From contig CANQBF010000002.1 in NCBI GenBank assembly GCA_947588895.1, forward strand, positions 1 to 53,782: 53,782 bases of DNA, in the 5' to 3' direction. Below the pieces are notes generated by a model. The model was not told the origin of the DNA. It did not search any database and worked only from the letters and a program-made list of their open reading frames with translations. This document shows, in pieces, positions 34,610 through 44,028 of the stretch (positions within the stretch are counted from its first letter, which is position 1; each line of letters begins with the position of its first letter). This stretch comes from an uncultured Bacilli bacterium. GTDB taxonomy: Bacteria; Bacillota_I; Bacilli_A; RF39; UBA660. Made by a program: the position numbers and the translations under genes.

Positions 34610-35713
34610 ATGAATATGTTGACTACGGAAAAAACAAAGTTATTAGATAAATTATATAACCTACGTGGAGAAGATAGCGTAGTTTTAGCAAAAATGGAAA
34701 AAGAAAGGGAAATAGCAACTAGTACAAAAGAAAGAACAACTGCTGAAAAGTTATCATTACAAGATAAAATTTCTAATTTAACTGAAGAAGAAAGAGTTCT
34801 TGGCGATGAAGGACAAAAGTTAATTGAAGTTTTAAGTAGAATTAAAACTGAAGATTATAAAAATGTTATTGATAAGTTAAGAATTGATTTTAATCCTGAT
34901 CGTATTGCTGAAGAAGTAAATTCATCATTACCAGACACCATTAAAAAAGTTCAAGATGATATTAGTAGTGCTAAAGATGAACTTGTTAAAGTTGAAGGTG
35001 AAATGAATACTGCAAGTGCTACTATTGAAGAATTATCAATTAGAAAAGATGAAGCTTTAGAAAATCAAGCTCGATTAAATGAATATTTTGAACTTGCTTT
35101 AAATGGTAATATTAATATTACAAGAGATTCAATTACTTCCCTATTAGAAAAATTTGATTTTAATGAAGAAGAAAGAAGAGAATCAGCTAAGTTAATAATG
35201 TTCCCTGAAGATGCATTATATGCTTATGATGAGAAGATTAAAAATAATAATCAAACTGGTAAAAGTATTTCTGAAGTATTTCAAGAAGCTAAAAGTAATA
35301 TAGATAATATTGAAGAAAAAGAAGAACCTAAAGTTGAAGAGAAAGTATTATCTCCAAAAGAAGTTTTAATTGATTTATTAACAGAACTTGGATTTGACTA
35401 CTTAAATTTCACATCTAATGATATTGAAAAAATATTAGCTAATTATAATGAAACTACATTAAGAAATAATGTTAAGTGTGCTAAAGATAATGATATGAAT
35501 TTAGATATATTTGTTGAAAATGCTGAATTATTATATGATAAAGAATTTGAAAGCAAATTAGCTAGATTAATTGAAATTGGTAAAGAACCTTTTGATGTAT
35601 ATTTAAATCCAAGAGTTATAATGAAATATAATATGAAGGGATTAGAAAACGCAATTGATAATTTAATTAGTAGTGGTTTTGATCCAAAAATTGTACCATT
35701 ATTAGCATATTAA
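34610..35713 (+). CDS. Coiled-coil protein with C-terminal mTERF-like helical repeats
   Basis: 367 aa. The N-terminal 170 aa are heptad-rich. The C-terminus has LIDLLTELGFDYLNFTSNDIEKIL.. and LENAIDNLISSGFDPKIVPLL repeats. Confidence 0.55.
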   Translation: MNMLTTEKTKLLDKLYNLRGEDSVVLAKMEKEREIATSTKERTTAEKLSLQDKISNLTEEERVLGDEGQKLIEVLSRIKTEDYKNVIDKLRIDFNPDRIAEEVNSSLPDTIKKVQDDISSAKDELVKVEGEMNTASATIEELSIRKDEALENQARLNEYFELALNGNINITRDSITSLLEKFDFNEEERRESAKLIMFPEDALYAYDEKIKNNNQTGKSISEVFQEAKSNIDNIEEKEEPKVEEKVLSPKEVLIDLLTELGFDYLNFTSNDIEKILANYNETTLRNNVKCAKDNDMNLDIFVENAELLYDKEFESKLARLIEIGKEPFDVYLNPRVIMKYNMKGLENAIDNLISSGFDPKIVPLLAY

Positions 35714-35723
35714 GGAGGATAGT

Positions 35724-36623
35724 ATGACATTAAAAGAAATATTAGAAGCTTTTGAAGATTTGAATGAGCAAGAAACAGCTAAAGTAAGAAAAGGTTTATA
35801 TATTGAAACATTAAAATTAGTACAAACTGATATAAAAGATATTATAAATTATTTACATGGCTTAGGTATAAAAATTAAATATGCAAGAGAAATAAAAGTT
35901 GGAACTGTTCCTTCAAATGAAATAAAAGAAAAAATTGACAATTTACGTAGTGTAGATGCAATAGATTTAGCAATTCAACATCCTTTAGTATTAACAGTTA
36001 ACGATAAATGCTTAGGAATGAGAAAAAGAATTATAAAATGTAAGCAAGATAATGTTGCAGTAAAAGATGAAGAAGGAAAATATTTATCATTTATTTATGA
36101 AGATGAAGAATGGGCTAAAAAACAAGCTAGTTTAAGTCAAATAATTGATGAATATGATAAAGAACATCCAAATAAAGAAATATCAAATGAAGAAAAAGAA
36201 GAAAAATTAAAAAAAGCTGATGAAATAATAAAGGAAATAAGTCCTGTAAGTGAACCTGAAGCTCCAAGTGTCATAAAAGAAATAGATAATGAATTTAGTT
36301 TTAGTCCTGATATTAATTGGGATGAAGAATTAAAAGCATTTGATTCTTCTATGAATTCTACTCCACAAAATGATGATGATAATATTAATTTAACATCACT
36401 AATGGATAATGATACTCCAAATAAAGAAGAAGTAGAAAAAGCTTCACAAGACTTATCTGCTATAGAAGATGCTAAAGCAAAATTAGAAAGTACAAAAAAA
36501 GCTTTAAGAAATGCTTTGGATAGTCAAATTGCTGATATGAATTTTGATGTTCCAGAAGAAGATGGTGAATTATCATTTGGGGATTGGAATCCAGATGAAG
36601 AATTAGGAAGAGGCGGAAGATAG
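35724..36623 (+). CDS. Protein with N-terminal mTERF-like repeat and a highly acidic disordered tail
   Basis: IINYLHGLGIKIKYAREI.., AIQHPLVLT; C-terminal half D/E/N/K-rich; GGAGGA RBS. Confidence 0.55.
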   Translation: MTLKEILEAFEDLNEQETAKVRKGLYIETLKLVQTDIKDIINYLHGLGIKIKYAREIKVGTVPSNEIKEKIDNLRSVDAIDLAIQHPLVLTVNDKCLGMRKRIIKCKQDNVAVKDEEGKYLSFIYEDEEWAKKQASLSQIIDEYDKEHPNKEISNEEKEEKLKKADEIIKEISPVSEPEAPSVIKEIDNEFSFSPDINWDEELKAFDSSMNSTPQNDDDNINLTSLMDNDTPNKEEVEKASQDLSAIEDAKAKLESTKKALRNALDSQIADMNFDVPEEDGELSFGDWNPDEELGRGGR

Positions 36624-36624
36624 C

Positions 36625-36912
36625 ATGAAATTTTTAGAGAAATATAATTTTAATAAAGAAGAAATTGCTTGCTTTTTAAATAATTCTCCAAAAAGATTAA
36701 TTGATGCTATAAAAGAGAATAAAAAGTTAGTTAGTGAAAATATTAGTTATCTTAAAGATTTAGGTGTTACAAATTATCGAAAAATATTTTTAGAATATTA
36801 TGATATGTTTTTAATGGACCATAGTAATTTTGTAAGTATTTTTTCTAAATATGAACCTGAAGATTTAATTGAAAAGTTAAATAAGAATTTTAAAATAATT
36901 GAATATCTATAA
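36625..36912 (+). CDS. Small mTERF-like repeat protein
   Basis: FLEKYNFNKEEIACFLNNSPKRL.. and NISYLKDLGVTNYRKIFLEYYDMFL; ATG 1 nt after the preceding stop. Confidence 0.5.
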   Translation: MKFLEKYNFNKEEIACFLNNSPKRLIDAIKENKKLVSENISYLKDLGVTNYRKIFLEYYDMFLMDHSNFVSIFSKYEPEDLIEKLNKNFKIIEYL

Positions 36913-36933
36913 GATGCTTTATGCATCTTTTTA
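36911..36933 (+). terminator. Intrinsic terminator
   Basis: AAGATGC / GCATCTT, loop TTTAT, then TTTT. Confidence 0.6.
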
Positions 36934-36971
36934 AATGTTTAAAAAAGTGATAAAATAATTTTGTGATGTAT

Positions 36972-38150
36972 ATGAAAAAAGTAGTTTTAATATTATTTAT
37001 TTGTTTATTATTAACTGGTTGTAAAGAAAAGATATATGTAGATGAAACTAGTGATTTTATTGAAGTATCAAAAAGTAGTGTTGAAGTATATGATAAAGCA
37101 AAATTATTTGATTTTATTAATATAAAAAGAGATGATATTGAATTATTAACCAAAGATACTGATATTGATACGGAAAAATTAGGTACTCAAGAATATGAAA
37201 TATATTATCGATATGATAAAAAGAAATACTTATATAAAGTATATATTAAAGTAGAAGATACTACTGAGCCTAGAGTAATAAGTGGAACAAATAAAACAAT
37301 TCAAGTAAATTATACTGGTGATTTATGTGATTTAATAATGTATGGTGATAATTATAGTGGAGTAGTTACTTGTAATATAGAAGGAGAATATGATTTAAGT
37401 GTGCCTGGTACTTATAAATTAATATATAAGTTAACTGATAGTAGTAATAATTTAAAAGAAGTAAATGTTACATTAAATGTTAAAGAAAAAATAAATAACA
37501 CAACTAAACCAAGTACAACTAAAACTTATTTTAGTGATGTTTATAATGAACATAAAGCCTCTAATACGGAATTAGGTATTGATATATCAAAATGGCAAGG
37601 AAATATTGATTTTAATAAAGTAAGAGAAGCTGGTGCTACTTTTGTTATGATGCGTATTGGGGTTCAATCATCAAGAAATGGTGATATTAGTATTGATTCA
37701 TATTATTTACAAAATATTAAAAATGCTAAAGAAGCTGGTTTAAAAGTTGGTGTTTATTTATATACTAAGGCAAGTAGTATTGAAGAAGTTAAAGAACATG
37801 CATTATGGGTAGTAAATACTTTAAATAAAGAAACATTAGATTTACCCATAGCGTTTGATTGGGAAAACTTTACTAGTTGGAATTCCTTTAGAATTAGTTT
37901 CCATGATATTAATACAATGGTTAATACTTTTATTGAAACAGTTCAAGAACATGGTTATGAAGGTATGCTTTATAGTAGTAAAAATTATTTAGTTAATATT
38001 TGGGAAAATAAAAAAGATTATCCTGTATGGCTTGCTCATTATACTAAAAAAACTAATTATGAAGGTAAATATAATATTTGGCAAATGTGTAATAATGGTC
38101 GAATTGATGGTATAAATGGTGATGTTGATATTGATATAATGTATAACTAG
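36972..38150 (+). CDS. Lipoprotein GH25 muramidase with N-terminal Ig-like (DUF5011-type) domain
   Basis: Lipobox LLLTGC. DTTEPRVISG.. Ig-like module. GH25 motifs GIDISKWQGNIDF, FVMMRIG, AFDWE, NIWQ. Confidence 0.8.
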   Translation: MKKVVLILFICLLLTGCKEKIYVDETSDFIEVSKSSVEVYDKAKLFDFINIKRDDIELLTKDTDIDTEKLGTQEYEIYYRYDKKKYLYKVYIKVEDTTEPRVISGTNKTIQVNYTGDLCDLIMYGDNYSGVVTCNIEGEYDLSVPGTYKLIYKLTDSSNNLKEVNVTLNVKEKINNTTKPSTTKTYFSDVYNEHKASNTELGIDISKWQGNIDFNKVREAGATFVMMRIGVQSSRNGDISIDSYYLQNIKNAKEAGLKVGVYLYTKASSIEEVKEHALWVVNTLNKETLDLPIAFDWENFTSWNSFRISFHDINTMVNTFIETVQEHGYEGMLYSSKNYLVNIWENKKDYPVWLAHYTKKTNYEGKYNIWQMCNNGRIDGINGDVDIDIMYN

Positions 38151-38177
38151 GTAAGTATTATTTTTAAATAATTAAAA

Positions 38178-38198
38178 CTCTCATATATTATATGAGAG
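38178..38198 (+). promoter_or_regulatory. Hairpin overlapping the RBS of the holin-like gene
   Basis: CTCTCATAT (38178-86) / ATATGAGAG (38090+100 to 38198, i.e. 38190-98); the 3' arm runs into GAGAGGAG RBS; T6 at 38205-10; TTG start 38209. Confidence 0.45.
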
Positions 38199-38208
38199 GA
38201 GTGATTTT

Positions 38209-38460
38209 TTGTTACATAATATATTTGCTATTGTAACGATGATAATAACTTTTATTTTAGGTATTCTAGCTAAAAAAAATCCTAAAATTAATAGTAATTT
38301 AATACCTATTCAAAACTTATTAATAGGTATAGTAACAGCAGTTATTTATTATATAATTACTAAAGATGTTAGTTTAGTATTAACTGGTGTTGGTTTATTT
38401 ACTGGTGGTACATATGATTTATTAAAAAATTTAAATAGCTTAAAAAAAGAAGAAGAGTAA
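38209..38460 (+). CDS. Small two-TM holin-like protein
   Basis: 83 aa, two TM helices, charged C-terminal tail KKEEE; adjacent to the muramidase. Confidence 0.4.
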   Translation: MLHNIFAIVTMIITFILGILAKKNPKINSNLIPIQNLLIGIVTAVIYYIITKDVSLVLTGVGLFTGGTYDLLKNLNSLKKEEE

Positions 38461-38470
38461 TCTTCTTTTT
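38442..38470. terminator. Bidirectional terminator
   Basis: AAGAAGA / TCTTCTT stem flanked by an A-run and a T-run, spanning both convergent stop codons. Confidence 0.55.
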
Positions 38471-38924
38471 AATTTAAAATATAAATCCCAATCGTTAAAT
38501 AAGTAGCAAATATTAACCATAATAAATATAATATGTTAAGATAAAAAGCTGGTTTATAATGATTAAAGAATAAATATAATAGATAAATTACGGAAAATAA
38601 TAAAATAATAGTAACAATAATAGTAAAGAAATACCATTTAAAAATAAAGAAGAAAATAGACCAAGATAGATTAATTACTAGAGATGTATAATATACTAAG
38701 TTGATTGTTTTATTATCTTGACTATTATTTTTATAAAGTAAAAATGATATACCTAGAAGAATATAAATAATAGTCCACATAATTGGAAATAAAATACTTG
38801 GTGGTGCAAGTGGTGGCTTAATTAATGATGGATAATCAATAAATGATGATATTATAAAGCCAATAATACTACCTGTTATTAAAGGTAATAATAAATAAAA
38901 TAAATTTTTAATTGTTTTATTCAT
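38469..38924 (-). CDS. tspO: TspO/MBR (tryptophan-rich sensory protein) family
   Basis: Five TMs, PPLAPPSILFPIMWTIIYILLGIS and W-rich helices. Confidence 0.7.
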   Translation of the reverse strand: MNKTIKNLFYLLLPLITGSIIGFIISSFIDYPSLIKPPLAPPSILFPIMWTIIYILLGISFLLYKNNSQDNKTINLVYYTSLVINLSWSIFFFIFKWYFFTIIVTIILLFSVIYLLYLFFNHYKPAFYLNILYLLWLIFATYLTIGIYILN

Positions 38925-38967
38925 ATCAAAACTCCCTAATAAATAATATTAATAAAATAAAAAAATA

Positions 38968-40257
38968 TTATAAAAGTTGTTTATAATATTTCCATTCTAA
39001 TACTTTAGTTACAATTTTATCTAATTCTTCGATAGATATTTTATTATCATTAATTCCTTGTTTGATATTATTAAAACTTTTTTGATAATCAGCAGTAATT
39101 AAAACATTATTACCAGATTTTAAAGCATTTATTTCCACATCACCATATTCTTCTAAAGCTTTCATATTTAAATCATCAGTAATAATTACACCAGTAAATT
39201 TTAAATCATTTCTAAGTAAATCATGAATTTTTTTCGAAATAGATGCTGGATAATCTTTATCAATACTAGTAACAATATTATGACTAACCATAATTGCTTC
39301 AGCATTGGCTTCAATTCCCATCTTAAAAGGAATTATATCATTATTCATTATATCTTTATAACTTCTTGTATCTATTGATATACCTTTATGAGTATCAGCA
39401 TTATTACCATAACCTGGAAAATGTTTTAACGTATAAGAAACATTAAATTCTTTACTAGTTTCAATAACTGTTTTAGCAAAAGTTCCTGTTAAATTAGCAT
39501 TTAAACCAATAGTACGATTATAAATATAATCAGTATTTTTACTAGCGATATCAACAACTGGTGCTAAATTTAAATTAAGTCCTAGTTCATCTAAAACGAT
39601 ACTTTTTCTAATTGTATCATCTCTTATGGCATCAAAACCATTTTCTTTATATAATTCTTGACTAGATTTAAATGGTGTATCAACAACATTTTTATTGCTA
39701 CTTAATCTTGATACTTTTCCACCTTCTTCATCAATCGCCGTTAACATAGGTATTTTAGCATTATTTTGTAAGTTTTTAATCATACTTATAATTTCATCTT
39801 TAGTTTTAGTTTTAAAATCTTTTTCAAAGAAAATAACGCCCCCAAATTGATATTTCTTTTCATCATCAACTAATTTATCAGTATAATGAACTAATAAAGT
39901 TTGAGCTATTTTTTCATCTAAACTTAATTCTTGTAGTTTCTTTTGAGCTAATTCTTCATAATCTTTAAATATATTTTTACTATTAGTATTAGTATTACTA
40001 CTAGTATTATTATCTTCATGATTAACATTATTATCTTTATTGTCAGTATTATTATTTATATTAGGTTCATCTTCTATAGGTGTTTCATCTTTATTTTGAG
40101 TATCATTAATATTAGGATTATCTTCAATTTCTTCAACATTTGCTTTAGTTTCTGTATTAGTAGCAAATGTAAATTCATATTTAAATTTATAAGTAGTTAT
40201 AAAAGTACAAATTATAATAGCAATCGCAATTATAGAAATAATTTTATTTTTATTCAT
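38968..40257 (-). CDS. Membrane-anchored glycoside hydrolase family 3 (NagZ-like beta-N-acetylhexosaminidase)
   Basis: N-terminal TM, N/D/T low-complexity linker, GH3 motifs AIDEEGG.VSRL, KHFPGYGN..DTH, IMVSH, ITDDL. Confidence 0.75.
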   Translation of the reverse strand: MNKNKIISIIAIAIIICTFITTYKFKYEFTFATNTETKANVEEIEDNPNINDTQNKDETPIEDEPNINNNTDNKDNNVNHEDNNTSSNTNTNSKNIFKDYEELAQKKLQELSLDEKIAQTLLVHYTDKLVDDEKKYQFGGVIFFEKDFKTKTKDEIISMIKNLQNNAKIPMLTAIDEEGGKVSRLSSNKNVVDTPFKSSQELYKENGFDAIRDDTIRKSIVLDELGLNLNLAPVVDIASKNTDYIYNRTIGLNANLTGTFAKTVIETSKEFNVSYTLKHFPGYGNNADTHKGISIDTRSYKDIMNNDIIPFKMGIEANAEAIMVSHNIVTSIDKDYPASISKKIHDLLRNDLKFTGVIITDDLNMKALEEYGDVEINALKSGNNVLITADYQKSFNNIKQGINDNKISIEELDKIVTKVLEWKYYKQLL

Positions 40258-40340
40258 TTATTGTTCACCTATTATAATTATAACTTTAATTATTTTAAAA
40301 ATAAAGATATAATATAATTAAATGAGATAGGATGATAAAT

Positions 40341-42941
40341 ATGAAATATTATGATATAGAGATTGATGAAGTATTAAAAAATTTAAATAGTAATGAAGAA
40401 GGTTTATCTAAAGTAAAAGTAAATGAATTACTTCAAAAAGATGGCTTAAATAAATTAAAAGAAGCTAAAAGAGAAAGTAATATTATTAAGTTTTTAAAAG
40501 AATTTAAAGATATTATGATTATTGTTTTAATATTAGCTTCTTTAGTATCATTTATTTTATCTTTAATTAATCATGAAAGCTTTATTGATAGTATAATAAT
40601 TATTGCAATAGTTATATTAAATGCTATATTAGGTTTTATGCAAGAAAATAAAGCCGAAAAAGAAGCTTTAGCGTTAAAAAAGATGAATATTACTAAAGTT
40701 AAAGTAAGAAGAGAAAATAAAATATGTTTAGTAAATAGTGAAGAAATAGTTAAAGGAGATATATTAGTTTTAGAAGCTGGTGATACTATTCCAGCTGATG
40801 CAAGAATAATTAAAGCAGTATCTTTAAAAGTAGATGAAGCTTCCCTAACAGGTGAATCAGTTCCTGTTAATAAAGATATTAAGAAAATTGCTATAAATAC
40901 TCCTTTATCATTAATAACAAATATGATTTATCAAGGGACAGCAATGGTATATGGTAAATGTGAAGCAGTAGTATGCGCAACCGGAATGAATACTGAATTA
41001 GGTTTAATTGCTGATAGTTTAAATACTACGGAAGAAGAATTAACACCACTTCAAATAAGAATTAATGGTATTAGTAAATTTTTATCAATTATTATTTTAA
41101 TTATCATTATTATTATGTTTATTATTGGTATTATCAAAGGAATGACATTTAAAGAAATAATTATGCTTTCTATATCTTTAGCAGTTGCAGCTATCCCTGA
41201 AGGAATGCCAGCTGTAATCACAATTATTTTATCACTGGGAATGAATGCTCTTGCCAAAAAGAAAGCTATTGTTAGAAAAATGAGTAGTGTTGAAACATTA
41301 GGCTGTACGGAAATAATATGTTCTGATAAAACTGGAACGATAACTCAAAATAAAATGCAAGTTGTTGAAATTTATTATAATAATAAGATTATGGGACCAA
41401 AGGATTTAGAAAAGAATAATATTTTACTTAAAATAATGGCCCTTAATAATGATTCAACTAAAGATAATGGTGAATTTGTTGGTGATCCAACTGAAATAGC
41501 TTTATATGAATGTGCTGATATGCATATTGATGTTAATATTTTAAGAAAGAATAGCATACGTATTGATGAATTACCATTTGATTCAGAAAGAAAAATGATG
41601 AGTACAGTAAATATGGAAGATAATAAAATTAGAATGTATACTAAAGGTAGTTTTGATTCATTAATAAATCATTGTAAATATATATTAGAAAATAATAAAG
41701 TAGTTGAATTTACTAAAGATAAAAAAGCTAAAATTCAAGAAGTTGAAAGAAAAGAAGCTAATAATGCTTATCGTGTACTTGCTTATGCTTATAAAGATTT
41801 AAAAAAGAATTATGATTTAGATAAAGAAGAAAATGATTTAATATTTGTTGGATTATCTTCCATGATTGACCCACCAAGATTAGATGTTAAAGCTTCAATT
41901 CAAGCCTGCATTAGTGCTCATATTAGACCTATAATGATAACGGGAGATAGTTTAACAACAGCTGTTGCTATTGCCAAAGATATTGGAATATTAAATGGTA
42001 GTGAAGAAGCTATTACTGGATTAGAAGTAGATGCCATGAGTGATAAAGAATTAGAAAATAATATTCATAAATATTCTGTATATGCAAGAGTAAGTCCAAT
42101 TAATAAATTAAGAATTGTAAAAGCGTGGAAGAAAAATAATAAAATCGTTGCCATGACTGGTGACGGTGTTAATGATGCACCAGCTTTAAAGGAAGCTAAT
42201 ATTGGGGTAGGAATGGGTATTACTGGAACTGAAGTATCAAAAAATGTTTCCGATATAATATTAGAAGATGATAGTTTTTCAACAATAGTAACTGCTGTTA
42301 AAGAGGGAAGAAGAATATTTGATAATATAAGAAATGTTTTAGTATATTTATTAGCAGGAAATATAACTGAAATATTAATTGTTTTTATTGGTTTATTATG
42401 TGGTATAGAAATCTTTTTACCAATTCAATTATTATATATAAATTTAATTACTGATAGTATTCCAGCAATAGCATTAGCATTTGAAAAAGAAGATTCAGAT
42501 GTTATGAATAGGAATGTAAGAAAAAGTGATAGTACTTTCTTTACTCCTTTCTTACTTGCTAAAATATTTTTTGCATCTATTTTAAAAACGATTGCTATAT
42601 TTATAGTATTTCTTATTAATTTAAAATTATATAATATTAATATTGCTTCAACTTTAGCATTTTTAACTCTAATTTTATTAGAAATAATATTTGCTTTTTC
42701 TTGTCGTAATCTTAAAAAAAGAGTTTTAAATAAAAATTTATTTAGTAATAATTATTTAACTAGAAATATTTTACTCTTAATTATTATTCAAATCGTTGTA
42801 TTTGTTACCCCAATTAAAAATATATTTGGTATAGTTGATATACCATTCTCTCAATTTGTTTTATCTATAATTATTGTATTAGTTGTTTTTGTAATAGATG
42901 AACTTTCTAAAAAGTTAATTGCCAGATTATTTAATGATTAA
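40341..42941 (+). CDS. P-type (type IIA, Ca2+-transporting-like) cation ATPase
   Basis: TGES, CSDKTGTITQN, MITGD, TGDGVNDAPALK; ~10 TMs. Confidence 0.9.
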   Translation: MKYYDIEIDEVLKNLNSNEEGLSKVKVNELLQKDGLNKLKEAKRESNIIKFLKEFKDIMIIVLILASLVSFILSLINHESFIDSIIIIAIVILNAILGFMQENKAEKEALALKKMNITKVKVRRENKICLVNSEEIVKGDILVLEAGDTIPADARIIKAVSLKVDEASLTGESVPVNKDIKKIAINTPLSLITNMIYQGTAMVYGKCEAVVCATGMNTELGLIADSLNTTEEELTPLQIRINGISKFLSIIILIIIIIMFIIGIIKGMTFKEIIMLSISLAVAAIPEGMPAVITIILSLGMNALAKKKAIVRKMSSVETLGCTEIICSDKTGTITQNKMQVVEIYYNNKIMGPKDLEKNNILLKIMALNNDSTKDNGEFVGDPTEIALYECADMHIDVNILRKNSIRIDELPFDSERKMMSTVNMEDNKIRMYTKGSFDSLINHCKYILENNKVVEFTKDKKAKIQEVERKEANNAYRVLAYAYKDLKKNYDLDKEENDLIFVGLSSMIDPPRLDVKASIQACISAHIRPIMITGDSLTTAVAIAKDIGILNGSEEAITGLEVDAMSDKELENNIHKYSVYARVSPINKLRIVKAWKKNNKIVAMTGDGVNDAPALKEANIGVGMGITGTEVSKNVSDIILEDDSFSTIVTAVKEGRRIFDNIRNVLVYLLAGNITEILIVFIGLLCGIEIFLPIQLLYINLITDSIPAIALAFEKEDSDVMNRNVRKSDSTFFTPFLLAKIFFASILKTIAIFIVFLINLKLYNINIASTLAFLTLILLEIIFAFSCRNLKKRVLNKNLFSNNYLTRNILLLIIIQIVVFVTPIKNIFGIVDIPFSQFVLSIIIVLVVFVIDELSKKLIARLFND

Positions 42942-43013
42942 ATAACATAAAAATAATTATGAATTATGATTATATAAATTTATTCTATTTTCATAATTTA
43001 ATTTACTCATATA

Positions 43014-43049
43014 AAAACCTCGTTTCTTGGATATAGAAACGAGGTTTTT
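43014..43049. terminator. Strong bidirectional terminator
   Basis: AAAACCTCGTTTCT (43014-27) / AGAAACGAGGTTTT (43035-48), perfect 14-bp stem. Confidence 0.75.
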
Positions 43050-43050
43050 A

Positions 43051-43791
43051 TTATTTTTTCTCTCTTTTTAAAGTTAAATTATTATTTTTGTGATATTCTT
43101 CTATTTCAACTTGATGATTATTTATAAATTCATCTTTTAGTTTTTCTAATTCTTCTAAAGAAATATCATCTATATTATTTTCAATCCGATAATTAATAAC
43201 ATAATCAATAAATTCTTTAATAAATATTACATTTTTTGGATTATTTATATCATTATTATATACAATATTTGTATGTAACAATGCAGGTTCATCTGCTTCA
43301 TATATTTTTATAGTTTCACCATAACTTTTATAGTAATTTGTCGTTTTATAATAATTGGCTAACGCTATTAATCTATCATTATGATCTTCAATGTACATAT
43401 CAGAAAATTCTTCTCTTTTATCATATGTTGGTGTAATCATTAGACCATTTAGTGGTAATGAATTATTATACATAATATAATACATAATTGTAGCTGAGTA
43501 ACTAATATATTCTTCTTGTTTATAGGTACTTGTAAGTTCAGCAAGAACTTGACCTAAAGTTTTTTTATTAAATGTTGAGTATTTTTCAATTAAATCTTTA
43601 ACTTGAGAATACTTATTCATAATTTCTTTTTTTTCTGAAATATTATGATTAATTTCATCTGTGTATTTAAGATTAATTTGATTGATGGCGTTTTCAATAT
43701 CTTTTTCACGATCTTTTAGTATCTTCTTTTTAGTATCAACATTTTTCTTCAGTTCTTGACTTAATTTTTCTAAATTATCTAAATATTTCAT
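43051..43791 (-). CDS. Hypothetical coiled-coil protein
   Basis: ORF with GGAGGA RBS before ATG at 43791; no motif recognised. Confidence 0.5.
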   Translation of the reverse strand: MKYLDNLEKLSQELKKNVDTKKKILKDREKDIENAINQINLKYTDEINHNISEKKEIMNKYSQVKDLIEKYSTFNKKTLGQVLAELTSTYKQEEYISYSATIMYYIMYNNSLPLNGLMITPTYDKREEFSDMYIEDHNDRLIALANYYKTTNYYKSYGETIKIYEADEPALLHTNIVYNNDINNPKNVIFIKEFIDYVINYRIENNIDDISLEELEKLKDEFINNHQVEIEEYHKNNNLTLKREKK

Positions 43792-43971
43792 AAATCCTCC
43801 ATTTAGTAAGTAATATATTAGCATAAAATCTTAAAAAAAGAAACTCATTTTTAAGTTTTTAAAGATATTTACTAAATTAATTAAACTTACTATGATATTT
43901 TTTATTAGATTTAAATAAGATGGGAAATTTTGCTAATATGTCAATACAAAACGACAAACATTTCAACTAGT

Positions 43972-44000
43972 TTGACACATATAGACATTTGTGCTATAAT
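43972..44000 (+). promoter_or_regulatory. Promoter with extended -10
   Basis: TTGACA (43972-77), 17 nt, TGc-TATAAT (43992-44000). Confidence 0.6.
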
Positions 44001-44028
44001 TTAGTTAGTTTTTGAGGGGGATATAAAA

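Noticed and set aside
36972-38460. Prophage remnant around the GH25 muramidase and holin-like gene
   Set aside because: There are no structural, replication or integrase genes on either side, and the flanks are ordinary chromosomal genes. It is treated as an orphan cassette instead.
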